NCBI GenBank assembly: GCA_030431075.1
Contig: JAUIJR010000001.1
Location: 1 to 55,180 of the forward strand
Direction of reading: 5' to 3'
Length of the DNA: 55,180 nt
From: Polyangia bacterium
GTDB lineage: Bacteria; Myxococcota_A; Polyangia; Nannocystales; Nannocystaceae
The notes under the pieces were generated by a model. The model was not told the origin of the DNA and searched no databases. It saw only the letters and a list, made by a program, of their open reading frames with translations. Shown here one piece after another: positions 8,841 through 17,051 of this stretch. The position numbers and the translations under genes were made by a program. Within the stretch, counting starts at the first letter, position 1; every line of letters begins with the position of its first letter.

Positions 8841-8880
8841 GGGCTCAGCGTTCGCGCGCAGGGCTCAGCGTTCGCGCGCG
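8841..8880. repeat. 20-bp tandem duplication (GGGCTCAGCGTTCGCGCGC[A/G] x2) spanning the stop codon of the VWA gene
   Basis: Read directly from the sequence: 8841-8860 and 8861-8880 are identical except for the last base. Confidence 0.9.
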
Positions 8881-10538
8881 ATGCTCAGCGGCTCGCCGCC
8901 GGGCAGTCCGCTGACCGAGTCGATGCGGGGGGCGCCCGCGTCGCCCTCACCTTGGTGGCCGCTTTTTTCGGCCAAGGTGCTCTCGAGGGCGAAGACCAGC
9001 TCGCGCTCTTGGGCCAACTCGGCGTCGTGGTTGCGCCGGTACTTGGTGGCCAGGGCGCGGATGATCTGAAAGGCGCCTTCTTGGTCGTTGTCGCGGTTGT
9101 GCAGCTCGCTGGCGCGGGTCATGGCCGTCGCCTGGTCGACGAGCAAGATGCCGCGCGAGAGGCCCGGCGAGACGGCGCTCAGGCTGCTGAGCTGAAAGCT
9201 CGCCTGGTCGCTCTCGCGTTTTTGCGCGCGGCTGGTGTAGCTCACGCTGGCCTGGCCGACTTCGCTCCCGTCGGCCAGCGAAGCTCGGGGCAGGTGCGCT
9301 GCGTCGGCCGGAGAGAAGGCTACGTAGATGGCGCCCTTTTTCTTCGATGCGAAGAGGGTCTCGATGCCGATCTCGATGGCGCCGCCGCCTTTCCACTCGA
9401 GCATGTCGCCGGGGATCCCGTAGACGCCCGCGATCTTCATCCCCTTGGAGGGCGTCACGGTCAGCGACATGTCGTAGGCGAGCTCGGTGACCATGGTGTC
9501 GAACTCGTCTTCGAAGGTGGAGAGCATGTCGCTCACGTTGGGGAAAAAGAAGAGGTTGCCGCCCCGGACGCTCGAGACCGAGGTGGCGAGCTCGGCCCCA
9601 AAGTGGGTGGAGACGCCGATGGTCGTCAGGCCGATACCCGCCTTGGAGGCCTTGCGGGCCATCCCCATGAAGCTCTTGGCGTCGGTCGCCCCCACGTTGG
9701 GGCGCTCGTCGGTGAAGAGCATCACGCGGGTGTTACCGGCGAAGCGACGCCCGGACTCGCGCGCGATGTCGAAGCCGAGGCGTAGGCCCTCCTCCATCGC
9801 GGTGGATCCTCCGGACTGGATCTGCGCGATGCCGGCCTGGATCGCTCGCTTGTCGCGGATCTGGGTAGGGGAGAGCACGACATGGGCCTGCGAGTCGTAC
9901 AAGACGATGCCGAGCTGGTCTTTGGGGCCGAGCTGATCGATGACCGCGAGCAAGCTCTCGCGCACCAAGCGGTGCGGTTCGCCGCTCATCGAGCCCGAGG
10001 TGTCGACGACCGCGATCAAGTTCAGGGGCTCCCGCTCGAAGTCCTCGGCCTTGATGCCTGAGCTGAAGCCGAGCTGCGCCAGGTAGCGGACCTCGGGCTG
10101 GGCGAGCAAGCTCGTGCGGGTGGCCTCACCCTCGACGCAGATCATTTGCCCGCAGCTCGACTGGTTGCGCATGGGCAGGTCGTGCTCCGAGAAGAGCCCC
10201 TCGGGGGTGAAGGTCTTGGCGTGAGGAATTTCGCCGGCCAGGATGCGGTCGCGCGCATAGCTGATGTCCTGCGCGCCGCCGGGGGTCGCCCCCATCATCT
10301 CGCCGGCCGAAAAGGCGTCCGAAAATTCGTACATGCGCATCTTCGGGGCCGGAGCCGCGTCGACCATCGGCTCGTCCTCCTCTTCGGGAGGTGCAGCCCA
10401 CGAGGAAGGGGCCGCCATGGTCAGCGTGACCAGGCCGGCCAAGGCGGCCCCGATGCGCTTCGGTCGTCGCGGTCGCAGGTGCGTGGAGGAAAGGTCGGAG
10501 TCGGGAGAAAGGGACCGATGTCGCACGGGCCGCCCCAA
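8865..10538 (-). CDS. secreted von Willebrand factor type A (VWA) domain protein (YfbK/DUF3520-like architecture)
   Basis: The signal-like N-terminus is KRIGAALAGLVTLTMAAPSSWA. The MIDAS motif VVDTSGSMSG is present, with later TDERPN and GGST elements. The long C-terminal region is as seen in VWA+DUF3520 proteins. The exact start is uncertain. Confidence 0.8.
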   Translation of the reverse strand: MGRPVRHRSLSPDSDLSSTHLRPRRPKRIGAALAGLVTLTMAAPSSWAAPPEEEDEPMVDAAPAPKMRMYEFSDAFSAGEMMGATPGGAQDISYARDRILAGEIPHAKTFTPEGLFSEHDLPMRNQSSCGQMICVEGEATRTSLLAQPEVRYLAQLGFSSGIKAEDFEREPLNLIAVVDTSGSMSGEPHRLVRESLLAVIDQLGPKDQLGIVLYDSQAHVVLSPTQIRDKRAIQAGIAQIQSGGSTAMEEGLRLGFDIARESGRRFAGNTRVMLFTDERPNVGATDAKSFMGMARKASKAGIGLTTIGVSTHFGAELATSVSSVRGGNLFFFPNVSDMLSTFEDEFDTMVTELAYDMSLTVTPSKGMKIAGVYGIPGDMLEWKGGGAIEIGIETLFASKKKGAIYVAFSPADAAHLPRASLADGSEVGQASVSYTSRAQKRESDQASFQLSSLSAVSPGLSRGILLVDQATAMTRASELHNRDNDQEGAFQIIRALATKYRRNHDAELAQERELVFALESTLAEKSGHQGEGDAGAPRIDSVSGLPGGEPLSIARER

Positions 10539-10604
10539 CGCGCCTGGCGCCGGGTCGATCTACGGCGAAGTTGATCGCCAGCTCGCACCGGCCGAGGCTG
10601 TGAC

Positions 10605-10892
10605 TCAGTGCACCGGCTCGGGCCGCGAGCGAGCCTCGCCCATGGCATCGAGGCTGGCTCGGGCCGCCCGCAGGGACTCGAGCACCCGCGCCATCGACTG
10701 GGCCCACTCCATGTGGGCGAGCTCCGACTCACCGGCCCGGCTCACCTCGTCGGCGAGGCGCTCCCAGGCCACGCACACCCCGTCGAGGAGATCGTCGACC
10801 CGCACGAGGTCGTCGCGTCGGGCCCTTCGGGTGCTCTCGGTGGCATCGCTTCGCTGCGGCATCGTGGGGGGATTCGTCGCCGAGCGCGCCAT
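10605..10892 (-). CDS. small helical hypothetical protein
   Basis: Uses the internal ATG (10892) of track ORF 10605..10949. The region upstream of that ATG would have to translate an A10 tract. The minus-frame third positions that I read base by base are about 90% G/C, and the product looks helical (DDLLDGVCVAWERLADEVSRAGESELAHMEWAQSMARVLESL). It lies 66 nt upstream of the VWA gene on the same strand. Confidence 0.45.
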   Translation of the reverse strand: MARSATNPPTMPQRSDATESTRRARRDDLVRVDDLLDGVCVAWERLADEVSRAGESELAHMEWAQSMARVLESLRAARASLDAMGEARSRPEPVH

Positions 10893-11116
10893 GGATGCAG
10901 GGCACTGCGCTTTTTTTTTTCGAAGCTCTTTTTTGGGCCGCGCCTGCATCCAAAGGGGCCGCCCCTACGAAAGCATGAAGGAGACGCCCCCCGCGTCGGA
11001 CGATGAACTTAACGGTCGAAATCCCGCCCCCCGGGCCCGGCCCGGCCCGCAGCTGGCGGTACGACCCAAAATGGGCTTTGAACTCGCCTTTCGCCTCACT
11101 ACGCTTGCGTCGCTTC

Positions 11117-11695
11117 GTGCCTGCCTCGCCCGCCTCGCCTGACTCCCCGCTGCTCGTGCGCATCGCGCGCAACGATCTCAGCGCGGTGCAGCCCTGCCTC
11201 GAGCAGCACGGACCTTTGGTGTGGTCGCTGGCCCGCCGCATGACCTCGAACTCGGCCGACGCCGAGGACGCGGTGCAAGACATCTTTGCCTCGGTGTGGC
11301 GAAGCGCGGGTCGCTTCGATCCGACACGCGCGTCGGAGACGGCCTTCGTGGCGATGATCGCTCGGCGTCGCTTGATCGATCGCATTCGCGCCAGCCGCCG
11401 CGAACGCGAGGGGCGCAGCTTCGAAGTTCAGCTCGATGCGCTCCCCACTTTGGGCGCGAGCGCCGAGACCTGCGTCGAGGCTCGCCGCGCAGCTCAGCTC
11501 TTGGAGAGTCTCCCCGAGGAGCGCCGTCGAGTGCTCCGCCTCGCGCTGATCGAAGGACTGACCCACGCGCAGATCGCCGAGCGCCTCGAGATGCCGCTGG
11601 GAACGGTGAAGTCACATGCGCGACGCGGCCTGGCTGCCTTGCGCGAGGCCCTGGCCGAGTCCAATTCGCGGGTCGACACGGAGGTGGAAGGATGA
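11117..11695 (+). CDS. ECF (sigma-70 family, group 4) RNA polymerase sigma factor
   Basis: Region 2 reads LLVRIARNDLSAVQPCLEQHGPLVWSLARRM...AEDAVQDIF. The region 4 helix-turn-helix reads RRVLRLALIEGLTHAQIAERLEMPLGTVKSHARRG. The track ORF starts at 11003, but codons 11003-11116 contain rare A/T-ending codons (tta, aaa, tca, cta, ttg). I therefore prefer the GTG at 11117. The start is uncertain. Confidence 0.85.
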   Translation: MPASPASPDSPLLVRIARNDLSAVQPCLEQHGPLVWSLARRMTSNSADAEDAVQDIFASVWRSAGRFDPTRASETAFVAMIARRRLIDRIRASRREREGRSFEVQLDALPTLGASAETCVEARRAAQLLESLPEERRRVLRLALIEGLTHAQIAERLEMPLGTVKSHARRGLAALREALAESNSRVDTEVEG

Positions 11696-12603
11696 GCATC
11701 GACGAACGCCGACTCGAGTTGATGGTCGACCAGCTCGATCGCCCACTCGAAAGCGAGGAGCGCCGCGAGCTCGTCCGTGCACTGAGCGAAGAGGACAGCT
11801 GGCATCCCGACGAGATCGAGCTCGCCGCCACGGCCGCGATGCTCGCGGAGCTCGAGGCGGAGGGCGCGTCCTTCGAGGCGATGCCGGCGAGCTTGTCCGC
11901 CAAGCTCGCCGCCGCCGCGGCCGAAGTGCTGCTCGAGCCGGCGGCCGTCACTGCGCCGCGACCCCTCGAGCCCATCCCGCCCGCGCCGCGGCCCCAAAGG
12001 GCGCCGACCTCGGGCAAGGGAGAGCCCACGAAGAGCTCCATGGCGTGGATCGGGTGGGCCGCCGCGGCGGCGCTGGCTTTGGCCTGGCTGTGGAGCTCGA
12101 CGCGCAGCCCGAGCCCCGCGCCGAGTTCCGCGCCCGAGACGAGTTTGGCCGCAGCCAGCGGCGCAGCCTGTCCGGCCTGTCCGGAGCCCGAGCCGCCGCC
12201 GCCTCTACCGACGCCGAGCGAACGACGCGAAGAGCTGCTCGATGCACCCGAGGCCCTTCGCTTGGCGTGGACCAAAACCGAAGACCCGATGGCGGGCCAG
12301 GCGAGCGGGGATGTGGTCTGGGACGACGCCCGCCAAGAGGGCTACATGCGCTTCGTGGATCTGCCCGTCAACGATCCCAAGCAGGCGCAGTACCAGCTTT
12401 GGATCTTCGACGAAGGCCGCAGCGACGCGACGCCGGTGGACGGCGGGGTCTTCGACGTGAGCGCAGCCGGCGAGGTGATCGTCCCCATCGACGCGAAGGT
12501 GCCCGTCGACAAGGCCGTGATGTTCGCCGTGACCGTCGAGCGACCCGGCGGCGTCGTCGTCAGCGAGCGCGAGCACATCGTGACGCTGGCGAAGTTGGGG
12601 TAG
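11692..12603 (+). CDS. anti-sigma factor, RskA-like C-terminal domain
   Basis: The ATG at 11692 overlaps the sigma-factor stop (ATGA). A single TM segment (MAWIGWAAAAALALAWLW) is present. The C-terminal domain YQLWIFDEG...PVDGGVFDVS...VMFAVTVERPGGV matches the anti-sigma-K RskA pattern. Confidence 0.75.
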   Translation: MSIDERRLELMVDQLDRPLESEERRELVRALSEEDSWHPDEIELAATAAMLAELEAEGASFEAMPASLSAKLAAAAAEVLLEPAAVTAPRPLEPIPPAPRPQRAPTSGKGEPTKSSMAWIGWAAAAALALAWLWSSTRSPSPAPSSAPETSLAAASGAACPACPEPEPPPPLPTPSERREELLDAPEALRLAWTKTEDPMAGQASGDVVWDDARQEGYMRFVDLPVNDPKQAQYQLWIFDEGRSDATPVDGGVFDVSAAGEVIVPIDAKVPVDKAVMFAVTVERPGGVVVSEREHIVTLAKLG

Positions 12604-12685
12604 GCGCGTCGCTCAGCCTCCGTAGCCCGAGATGAAGCCCTGGCCCAGCGCCCCTGGGACGCGACGCCGTCTGCGTCCTCGTGCG

Positions 12686-13399
12686 CTAAGGGTGAAGGTG
12701 CCGGCCCGGCCGCTCGACCTTGGGCAGTTGGCCTTGGTCCGAGACGCATTGCTGGTAGACGCAGGCTTGGTCGGGTGGGCACTGCGTGTCGTCGCTGCAC
12801 GCGGGGCGGGCGAAGGTCGCGGTGAGGCCCGCGGTGTCGGGCGAGACGCAGTCGAGCACCGTCGGCGTCGCGTCACAGCTGAGGAACAAGACACGCTCGG
12901 GCAGGGGGCCGCCGGTCGTCGGCGCTCCCGTCTCGCCGTAGTAGCCGCCGTCGTCGAGCATGTAGAAGTTGAGGGTCGTGCCATCGAGCTCCCACTCGAG
13001 CTCGCTGTCGTACTCGCCCCCGCCATAGCAGCTGTTCTCGTAGCGATCCGTGAAGGCGCCTTGCCCGGCCGGCGCCAGGTCGAGATCGATGGCGCTGACG
13101 TAGGTGCAGACTTGGCCGTACTCGGTGTAGGTGTAGACGCGGGGGAAGTCGTAGCTCGCGCCCCCGTAGCCCTGGTTCACGAGGTTCCAGCGGCCCAAGA
13201 AGACTTCGTTGCCGCCCGTGGTGCCGGTGTCTGCGTCGGTAGAGCCGGAGCTACTCGAACTCGAGGACGCGCTCGAGCTCGCCTCGCTCGAGGTCTCCCC
13301 CTCGTCGTTGCCTCCACCCGGCCGACACGCCGCGAGGACCAGCGACGCGGCGATGGGGATCTTGCGAGACCACTCGGGGGGCGGAGGCGGCGGGGCCAT
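12686..13399 (-). CDS. hypothetical lipoprotein
   Basis: The internal ATG gives MAPPPPPPEWSRKIPIAASLVLAAC, with lipobox LAAC. A Ser-rich linker follows, then a Cys-containing globular region (ACSDDTQCPPDQACVYQQC). Confidence 0.6.
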   Translation of the reverse strand: MAPPPPPPEWSRKIPIAASLVLAACRPGGGNDEGETSSEASSSASSSSSSSGSTDADTGTTGGNEVFLGRWNLVNQGYGGASYDFPRVYTYTEYGQVCTYVSAIDLDLAPAGQGAFTDRYENSCYGGGEYDSELEWELDGTTLNFYMLDDGGYYGETGAPTTGGPLPERVLFLSCDATPTVLDCVSPDTAGLTATFARPACSDDTQCPPDQACVYQQCVSDQGQLPKVERPGRHLHP

Positions 13400-13469
13400 G
13401 TCTAACGGTATCGCCTTTTGCTCGAGCTCGGGGGGCGAAGCGTGGCGTGTATACTCGCGGCGGCTGACC

Positions 13470-14078
13470 ATGTCCGACACGCCGCAAGTCCGGGCCCGCT
13501 ACATGGCGACCTACATGGAGATGGTGGCGGCCCTGGGGCCCGAGGTGGAACAGCGAGTGCGCGGTCGAATGGATCCGCGCTCTTTGGAGGCCATCGAGGC
13601 CGCGGGGGTCATGGCCTGGTTGCCCGCGCGCATCAACTTGGACGCCACGGCGGCGGTGGCCGAGAGCCTGGAGCCAGCCGCGGCCGACCGTTTTTTTAGG
13701 AGCCTGTATGGGGTGGTGTACGACACCTCGCTGCTCAGTGGCTTCGTTCGCAGCGTGATTCGACTGTTCGGCCGAGACCCGGGGGGCTACGCGAAGATGG
13801 TCTCGCGCGCCTACCCGCTGATCTTTCGCGGCGTGGGTCAGTGGGCGCGCGTCGATCGAGGGGAGCACTTCGCGGTGCTGCGCTTGTTCGAGCTCCCGCC
13901 CGAGTTCGCCGCGCACGAACACTGGCCCCGCTCGGTCGCCGCGTCCTTGGGCAGCATGATCGACCTGGCTCGGTGTGAGGGGGAAGGTCGCGTCGTCGAG
14001 CGCGGCGAGGACTTTGTCGTCGTCCGTCTCGAGTGGACGGAGAGTTCAGCCCTCGACGAGTCCGGGCAGAAATCTTAG
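13470..14078 (+). CDS. hypothetical cytoplasmic protein (possibly DUF2378/TIGR02265 myxobacterial paralogous family; unverified)
   Basis: Uses the internal ATG at 13470 of track ORF 13209..14078 (MSDTPQVRARYMATYMEMVAALG...). The sequence has a coding-like composition and no signal peptide. The family assignment is recall only. Confidence 0.55.
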   Translation: MSDTPQVRARYMATYMEMVAALGPEVEQRVRGRMDPRSLEAIEAAGVMAWLPARINLDATAAVAESLEPAAADRFFRSLYGVVYDTSLLSGFVRSVIRLFGRDPGGYAKMVSRAYPLIFRGVGQWARVDRGEHFAVLRLFELPPEFAAHEHWPRSVAASLGSMIDLARCEGEGRVVERGEDFVVVRLEWTESSALDESGQKS

Positions 14079-14732
14079 GCCGAGCATCGCGCTGAAGAGC
14101 ACGTCGCGCGCGACCGGTCCGGTGTCGAGGTCGAACCAAGTCCGCTCGGGCCGCGACAAGAGCATCGCCGCGACGGCTTCGCCTTCGATGTAGGCCTGTG
14201 CGATGGGGGAGGGAGCTTCGCGTCGGATGACACTGCCGAACATCGCGTACTCGCGAATGATCTCGATGCGGGCCACGACCTCGGCCGACGGTCCTTCCAA
14301 CTTGCCGCTCATGTTTTCGGAGTCGCGGCCTTCGAGGCGAAAGAGGTAGGCGCCGCTCGGTGCGTCGACGCGACAGCTCGCTCCGACCAGTGCCGTGCTC
14401 CGATCCGAGACCGACGCGAGGTCGGCGTCCAGGCCCATGCGTTGCGTCGCTTCGCATTGGACGCGCAGCGACTGATCCGCGCGGCGGACTCGAAAGGTCA
14501 CGCTCCCGTAACGCGCGGGCCCGGCGCTACGCTCGTCACGGCCGGCGAAAGCCGATCCCTCTTTACGTTCGAGCTCGTCGACGACGTAGGGGCCGATCTC
14601 GATGACGGGTCGTGTCCGCGTGCGCTCGATGCTCGGGTGTTGGGCCAAGCTTGGCGCCACCAGGCGTTGCGCGAACTTCGCCTCGCAAGCGAGGAGCAGG
14701 GGGCCGCCAAGGGCCAACAGCAAGCGGCGCAC
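14046..14732 (-). CDS. hypothetical lipoprotein
   Basis: The GTG at 14732 gives (M)RRLLLALGGPLLLAC, a canonical lipoprotein signal with lipobox LLAC. The longer track ORF (to 15050), or the ATG at 14831, would abut or overlap the divergent nuclease gene's start. Confidence 0.55.
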   Translation of the reverse strand: MRRLLLALGGPLLLACEAKFAQRLVAPSLAQHPSIERTRTRPVIEIGPYVVDELERKEGSAFAGRDERSAGPARYGSVTFRVRRADQSLRVQCEATQRMGLDADLASVSDRSTALVGASCRVDAPSGAYLFRLEGRDSENMSGKLEGPSAEVVARIEIIREYAMFGSVIRREAPSPIAQAYIEGEAVAAMLLSRPERTWFDLDTGPVARDVLFSAMLGLRFLPGLVEG

Positions 14733-14829
14733 GGCCGCAGCCTCGGACAAGGCGAGGCCGGGCGCAACCGCGTCCGCCGCGCTTGCTTCGCGTCGCAGCG
14801 TGGGGTGATAGTGCGCCCCCGGTACCCCC

Positions 14830-15810
14830 ATGCGCCGCGCTTTTTCGACACGCCTCGCCGCGGGCCTTTGCCTCGCGGGCATCGCCTCGCTGAGCCTTCT
14901 TGCCGCCCCCGAAGGCAGCGCGGCCGAGCCCCGCACCCGCGTGATTCTCAACGGCGTGCCCACGCCCGTCTTCTTCAACGACGGTGACAGCTTCCGCGTG
15001 CTCGGGGGTGAGTACACCGGGGCCAAAGCGCGCCTCGCCGGCTTCAACACCCTCGAGTCCTATGGCCCCGTGCACCAGTGGGGGAGCTGGACCGCGAAGG
15101 AGCTCTACGTCATCGCCAAGATGGCCACCCTCAACGGTCGCCGCGGGGTGTGGGAGTGCGAGTCCGACGGCTCGACCGACACCTACGGGCGCATGTTGGT
15201 GTGGTGTCCCGGCTTGGCCGAGGACCAGGTGCGCCAGGGGCTCGCCCACGTGATGACCATCAATGACGATCCGGGGCGCCCCGAGCTCGTCGCGGCCCAG
15301 CGCGAAGCGATCGCAGCACGCCGTGGGATCTGGGCGCACGGCGTTCCCAAGTGGGTGCTCACCTCCCTGCACTCGGCCGAAGAGGACCTCGACGGCACGG
15401 GCACCTACAACCGCTTGGTCTCCTCGGAGGATGGCCATTCGGCGAAGTGGAAGCACTCGAACAAGTACGCCGAGTGCCACCGGGCTTGCCACATGGTCTA
15501 CACCGTGACGGACGCGGCCATCGAGCAGGTGGTCACGGCCCTGCGGGCAGACACGGACCCCTCGGTGCGCGATGCGATCGCCGGGCTCGACGACGCCGGC
15601 CTGCGGCTCGTCGTGCGCGAGTTCGCCGAGCAGCGCGTGGTCGACCGGGCGGTCCCCAAAGATGCACGCCAGGCCTTCAAGGAGCATCTCGAGCGCAACT
15701 ACGTGGCCAAGGGCCGCTTCGGGGCGCAAGAGGCGAGCGAAGCCGCCTGCATGACCCACGTCGACTTCAACCGCCGCTTTGGCGGCGGGAAAGCCACCTG
15801 CCTCAAATGA
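14830..15810 (+). CDS. secreted staphylococcal-nuclease (SNase/thermonuclease)-like protein with C-terminal extension
   Basis: The signal peptide is MRRAFSTRLAAGLCLAGIASLSLLAAPEGSAA. The SNase-like core reads DGDSFRV...ARLAGFNTLES...DTYGRMLVW...GLAHV...AARRGIWA. An extra C-terminal region of about 150 aa follows. Confidence 0.7.
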   Translation: MRRAFSTRLAAGLCLAGIASLSLLAAPEGSAAEPRTRVILNGVPTPVFFNDGDSFRVLGGEYTGAKARLAGFNTLESYGPVHQWGSWTAKELYVIAKMATLNGRRGVWECESDGSTDTYGRMLVWCPGLAEDQVRQGLAHVMTINDDPGRPELVAAQREAIAARRGIWAHGVPKWVLTSLHSAEEDLDGTGTYNRLVSSEDGHSAKWKHSNKYAECHRACHMVYTVTDAAIEQVVTALRADTDPSVRDAIAGLDDAGLRLVVREFAEQRVVDRAVPKDARQAFKEHLERNYVAKGRFGAQEASEAACMTHVDFNRRFGGGKATCLK

Positions 15811-17018
15811 TCCGCAAGGCCCACCGGACGATGCTCGTCGGCGTGGGCTTTGGCCTGGGCCTCTTCGCCGCGTGCTACGAGCTGCCCTCGCGCCCGATCT
15901 ACGGCTACGAGGTCGATGACCTCAGCTGTAGCGATGGGGTCGACAACGACAACGACGGCCTCGTCGACTGCGAGGACCCCGACTGCTTGGTGCTCTCGAC
16001 CCTCTGCGGCGAGATCGTCCCCATTCCACCCATCGACGAGCCCGAGAACACCCTCTCGCGCTGCGACGACGACATCGACAACGACAACGATGGGCAGTTC
16101 GACTGCGGCGATACCGAGTGTCGGGACATGCCCGAGACCTGTTGTTTGCGGGAGAACACGAACGAGACCTGTTCCAACGGGCTCGACGACGACCAAAACG
16201 GCTTCGCCGACTGCGAGGACTTTGGGTGTCGCAGCGGCATCTTCGTGACGGTCTGCTCGGAGACCACGGCCGAGGCCTGCGTCGATGGCAAGGACAACGA
16301 CGCCGACGGGGACACCGACTGCGACGACGAGGACTGCCGGGCGACGACCCCCTGCATGGAGCCCGAGGTGACCCTCGAGCAGTGCAGCGACGGGATCGAC
16401 AACGACGGCAACGGCTTCGTCGATTGCCTCGATTTCTCTTGCTCGAACTCGATGAGTCAGCAGGTCGTGCAGTACTGCATGAGCTTGCCGAGCGAGGACG
16501 ACCTCGAGACCTGCTCGAACGGCATCGACGACGATGGCAACGGCTTTACCGACTGCGAGGACTTCTCGTGCACGATGTCGGGAGACGCCGAGGTCACCGA
16601 GTATTGCGCGAACCGGCCGAGCGAGGACGACCTCGAGAGCTGCTCGAACAACATCGACGACGACCAAAACGGCTTCGCCGACTGCGCGGACTTCTCTTGC
16701 ACGATGTCGCCCGACCCCGAGGTCGTCGACTACTGCGCCGAACGGCTCGAGAACACGCCCGAGAAGTGCAGTGACGACGTCGACAACGACGGCAACGGCT
16801 TCACCGACTGCCAGGACTTCTCGTGTCGGCAAAGCACCGACTTCGCGGTGCAGCAGATCTGCCAAGAGAGCTTGGGCCTGACGCCCGAGGAGGCCGACGA
16901 GCGCTGCTCCGACGGCGAGGACAACGACCTCGATGGATTCATCGACTGCGAAGACTGGGACTGCAGTCACGACCCTCAAGTGAGCGCCTGCGACGACGCA
17001 CCGAAGGTCTGTGGTTGA
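15807..17018 (+). CDS. lipoprotein made of about 9 Cys-braced DxDxDG (TSP3/MopE-like, putative Ca2+/metal-binding) repeats
   Basis: The ATG at 15807 overlaps the nuclease stop (ATGA). The signal is MIRKAHRTMLVGVGFGLGLFAAC, with lipobox FAAC. Nine units of C-[SD]-[DN]-G-x-D-[ND]-D-x-[DN]-G-x-x-D-C-x-D-x-x-C follow. The N-terminal 152 codons of track ORF 15351..17018 overlap the nuclease gene and are rejected. Confidence 0.8.
   Translation: MIRKAHRTMLVGVGFGLGLFAACYELPSRPIYGYEVDDLSCSDGVDNDNDGLVDCEDPDCLVLSTLCGEIVPIPPIDEPENTLSRCDDDIDNDNDGQFDCGDTECRDMPETCCLRENTNETCSNGLDDDQNGFADCEDFGCRSGIFVTVCSETTAEACVDGKDNDADGDTDCDDEDCRATTPCMEPEVTLEQCSDGIDNDGNGFVDCLDFSCSNSMSQQVVQYCMSLPSEDDLETCSNGIDDDGNGFTDCEDFSCTMSGDAEVTEYCANRPSEDDLESCSNNIDDDQNGFADCADFSCTMSPDPEVVDYCAERLENTPEKCSDDVDNDGNGFTDCQDFSCRQSTDFAVQQICQESLGLTPEEADERCSDGEDNDLDGFIDCEDWDCSHDPQVSACDDAPKVCG
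16359..16890 (+). repeat. four tandem 126-129-bp (42-43 codon) coding repeat units inside the repeat lipoprotein gene
   Basis: The conserved Cys codons (tgc) sit at 16383, 16512, 16641 and 16767. Units 2 and 3 share long identical DNA strings (ccgagcgaggacgacctcgaga.ctgctcgaac). Confidence 0.8.
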
Positions 17019-17051
17019 GAGACCCACGGCGGTCCACGAAAGCACGCACCC

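Noticed and set aside
11003-11116. N-terminal 38-codon extension of the first ECF sigma ORF
   Set aside because: It contains several rare A/T-ending codons (tta, aaa, tca, cta, ttg). It precedes the point where sigma-70 region 2 homology begins, so the GTG at 11117 is preferred. Confidence in this rejection is low, and the longer form cannot be excluded.
14829-14832. Apparent head-to-head overlap of two divergent start codons (CATG)
   Set aside because: The minus-strand gene more plausibly starts at the GTG at 14732. That start yields a canonical lipoprotein signal (MRRLLLALGGPLLLAC) and leaves 97 bp for divergent promoters.
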